Shown here piece after piece: positions 63,701 through 64,000 of a stretch of 64,000 nucleotides of DNA (within the stretch, counting starts at the first letter, position 1; each line of letters starts with the position of its first letter). The stretch covers positions 26,784,001 to 26,848,000 of the forward strand of contig OX597832.1 in assembly GCA_951406725.2 (NCBI GenBank). The letters are read 5' to 3'. A program made the translations under genes and the position numbers. This DNA is from Octopus vulgaris. Taxonomy: Eukaryota. The notes below the pieces were generated by a model. That model ran no database searches, had not been told where the DNA came from, and saw only the letters and a list, made by a program, of their open reading frames with translations.

Positions 63701-64000
63701 CTGCAGTGAAAGAAAGCATAACTCAAAGCACTGTAGCATCTTGAAACAAATGTAAGCAACTGCATCCTTCAACACAAGGAAAGAACCTGTCATTGATGGG
63801 GTTCAAAATGGGGACAAAATAAGACTTTGATAAACCTGAACGACTCATTGATCAAATGATTAATCCAAAATTCAATTAGTTGATTGGTTTGCCAGTGCAG
63901 CTGGACTGGCTCCTGTGCAAGTGGCACATAAAAAGCACCATTTGAGTGTGACCTATTTCTTTATTACCCACAAGGGGCTAAACATAGAGGGGACAAACAT

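Overview
AT-rich animal genomic DNA saturated with microsatellites and SINEs. The repeat families resemble those of Octopus/coleoid cephalopods (inference). Two motile-cilia genes lie in tandem on the minus strand. The first is a complete 17-coding-exon DNAAF11/LRRC6 (tilB) gene, CDS 51302 to 12698. I hand-spliced it to 1386 nt = 461 aa + stop, with all introns GT-AG and all phases consistent, and a near-perfect RFX X-box lies just upstream of the ATG. The second is the last 6 coding exons of an RSPH10B-like radial-spoke gene (63700 to 54833). Most ORF-track entries are microsatellite translations. The rest of the window is tRNA-derived SINEs, RTE, R4/Dong, Penelope and Tc1 remnants, MITEs (Mutator-, hAT- and piggyBac-like) and Helitron/Helentron-type elements. 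The most notable signal is eight minimal type-I hammerhead ribozyme motifs from about five short-repeat families, several with non-canonical cores. One family is a tRNA-headed, hammerhead-bearing element with a 12-bp TSD and the same inverted insertion geometry in two independent copies. This suggests SINE/retrozyme-like elements mobilised by Penelope-like retrotransposons. All calls were made by eye; repeat boundaries are approximate.
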